A stretch of 64,000 nucleotides of DNA from Azolla caroliniana. Lineage: Eukaryota; Plantae; Polypodiophyta. Below the pieces are notes generated by a model. The model was given only the letters and a program-made list of their open reading frames with translations, ran no database searches and had not been told where the DNA came from. The DNA is taken from contig JBHGNT010000016.1 of the NCBI GenBank assembly GCA_043228905.1, positions 12,958,001 through 13,022,000 of the forward strand, written 5' to 3'. The translations under genes and the position numbers were made by a program. Each line of letters begins with the position of its first letter. Positions within the stretch are counted from its first letter, which is position 1. Shown piece after piece: positions 61,458-64,000 of the stretch.

Positions 61458-64000
61458 AGGGACCTGTCTCCCAACATTGATAAGCGTCGACAATGGGACA
61501 ACGAGACAAGATCGAATGTTGCAGCTCAAATTGGCCGGGAAGCTCACAACGCGAGACAAGAACCACAAGCCCAAAACCCGAGGGATGATGAAGTGGCTCA
61601 ACCCACAGATGGAGCCAGAATGGCTGAACTTGTAGATATGCTTCGAGAGATGAGAATTTCTCAAATTAGAAAGGAGGAAACTCAAAGTTTTCCGGGTCGT
61701 CGTTTGAACTTTCTCCGTAGGTGTATTTGGTGTGACTCCTTGGAACACCAGCGGAGAGATTGCTCAGAATTCCAAAATGCCCTCTGACGACATATCATTT
61801 ATCTCTCCAACAATCAGATTCACTCCTCGGTGACACAACGTCCTCTCAACACCAACTTCGGCCGAGGAGGTATGAAGAAGTTGATGGAGGAAATGGAAGA
61901 AAACATAGTGAATAGTATTTACTATTCCTCATCAGTTGGAATTCAGGTTGGACACGAGACGAGAGCCCAAGAATTTCAAGTAGGATAATTTTGGCCAATC
62001 ATATTGAATCAAGTCGGAAAAGGGAAGCTCTGCATGAATGAGGCACTCAAAGTAGAACGAAGAGTCCAAGAAATGACGGGATGGGAGGACCCTGTGGAGG
62101 AGAAGTCTAGCTTCGTCGAGGCCATGTGTCAAAACTACGATGTCCTAGTTGAAGAGAAACGAAAAAGACCAGATGACCAATCAGGCCCTTCAAAGAAACA
62201 TGACACAAGAGAAGTTGTTCGAAGAAGGGAGGAATCATCACCGCCCCAAACGACAACCGAAAGAGGGTAGGAAAGAATCGGACCAGCATTCAAACTACGC
62301 TCGAAGATAGAGCAATCCACTGACCTTAAGCGTGTGATGGAAGAAAGAATCCTACGAGAGGTCTTAGGAATTGCAAAGAAAGAATTTCATGATGTCATCA
62401 TTGACTTAATAAAAAGGAAGAGACTAACGACAAGTGAAGAAGGAACTAGACCGGCAAATGTCTCGACGAGCGCTATCACAACAGAAGGTCTCGAAATTGA
62501 ACAAGAATTTGTTGATAGCCATTTTGCAAGGCCACATTGGGCTAGGGCTACTACCGAGACACCGGTGCGGATGGGAGATTTGAAAGATTCAGTGGTGGTG
62601 CTCATTGATCATGGCTCGGAGATCAACCTCATGTCTCTTGACTTCTATCGAAAGGGTCGTTGGCCCATTAATACTAGGCATGGGTGGAAGATTCGAGCGG
62701 AAACTAGGGCGACGGAAGAGCTTCATGGGGCCTGCCCTAACGTTAAGGTAACTATTGGTGACGTTGAGCATGATCAACACTTTTTTGTACAGGAATCGGT
62801 GTCACATCCTATCATCCTTGGCGAGCCTTACATAACAGCATCCCGGATGGAGACAAAGGTACTTGATAATGGTTCAGCATATGCGCGGATACGAAGTCAA
62901 GATGGGACAAGCTCGGTTCAATTGCTCACGATACGACCGAACCATGAAAGAAATAGGCATAGCTTAGGGAAAGAAGCTAGGGAGGATTTTTAATTCGGGC
63001 TATTAGGGAGAGGGACAACAATAGTCTGGGACATCTAACTATGTCCCCAATTTAGTGTAATAAAAGTTGTCACCCCATTAATGAAAATGAAGTCTTGTTT
63101 TCTGAAAATGGGATGTGTAAATTTAACAACATAAATAAAGGAGATATTAAAATAGGAATCCTAGAGGAACAATTTAGAGAAATCGGGATTATAAGTGAGG
63201 AAGAGGCAATAAAGGGGTACATGGAGATGATATCATTTGATGATACTCTTGGGGAAATGGAGAAAGTCATCAAATCGAAACTGCAAGTCAACAAAATAAT
63301 TCCAATCAACTCTGTCGCCTTATACACCGCCATCGACGAATACGAACAAGGTGCCGCGACGGTTGAAGCCGAAGTTAATACCAAATACAAGATTGTGGAT
63401 AAGAAGGTTAAACTTGTGGCTGCTCCCTTGCGTGAAGACAATTGGCAGTGAATAAAGGAGGTAGCATGAGATCCGTGCCTTAGAGACCCTAAAGGAGTAG
63501 GGCATATCTTCACCGACGAAACTCGACGAAAGCTCAAAGTTGGTGGGGGTGAATTTTTGCTTCCCAAAGAAGAGTCCAAGTTCCAGGAAATGTTGGAGCA
63601 ACACGGGAAAGCATTTTCCTTTTCCCCACAAGAAATCGGATGTGTTGACCCAACGCTTGTGGAACCAATGGTTATCTTTACAATACCCCATGTGCCATGG
63701 AACTTGAAGCCAATTCCCGTTCCAAGAGCTCACATTCCAAGATTGTTGGAGCTGTTAAAAGAAAAGATTAGAATGGGAATCTTTGAGCCATCAAATGTGC
63801 CTTATTCAAATAGGTGGTTCATAGTGCCGAAAAAGAATGGAGCGCTTCGATTTATCCAAGATCAGCAACCGGTAAACAAGGTCACCATTCGTAATGTTGG
63901 TATTGGACCTAGTGTTGATGAGTTTGTTGAAGCTTTTGCAGGAAGGTCAATTTACTCGATTGGAGACTTGTATTCTGGATACGACCAATTTCAATTGTCT

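Larger units (their letters stand above)
49891..61476 (-). mobile_element. Full-length copia B3 (5' LTR 60584-61476; 3' LTR 49891-50517 + 55197-55364)
   Basis: TSD TTGAT; PBS TGGTATCAGAGC 60570-60581; gag 59730-60560; PR/INT/RT/RH ORF pieces 55375-59693 with stops. Confidence 0.93.

Overview
Gene-free, heterochromatin-like plant nuclear DNA made almost entirely of nested LTR retrotransposons. About 20 insertions can be resolved by LTR termini, PBS, PPT and target-site duplications (TSDs), up to 7 layers deep: Mutator-like transposase remnant > copia > OTA/Athila-like gypsy > copia A > copia B1 > tRNA-Trp-primed gypsy C > young copia D. The only cellular-gene sequence is a ~0.87 kb plastid chlL-chlN fragment (48721-49592) inside a retrotransposon gag. 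It carries apparent unedited C-to-U sites, pointing to a seed-free plant (or gymnosperm) with plastid RNA editing. Main observations: (1) tRNA-like Pol III A/B-box modules built antisense into the U3 of two distantly related gypsy lineages; (2) a conserved GGATTTT + stem/pseudoknot -1 frameshift signal between protease and RT; (3) self-priming chromoviruses with a compensatory base change and a 1.5 kb non-autonomous derivative with apparently identical LTRs; (4) the captured plastid fragment flanked by an ~85 bp duplication. Lineage names (Tcn1-like, Phygy-like, Athila-like) are inferred from motifs by eye, not from database searches; coordinates are hand-counted.
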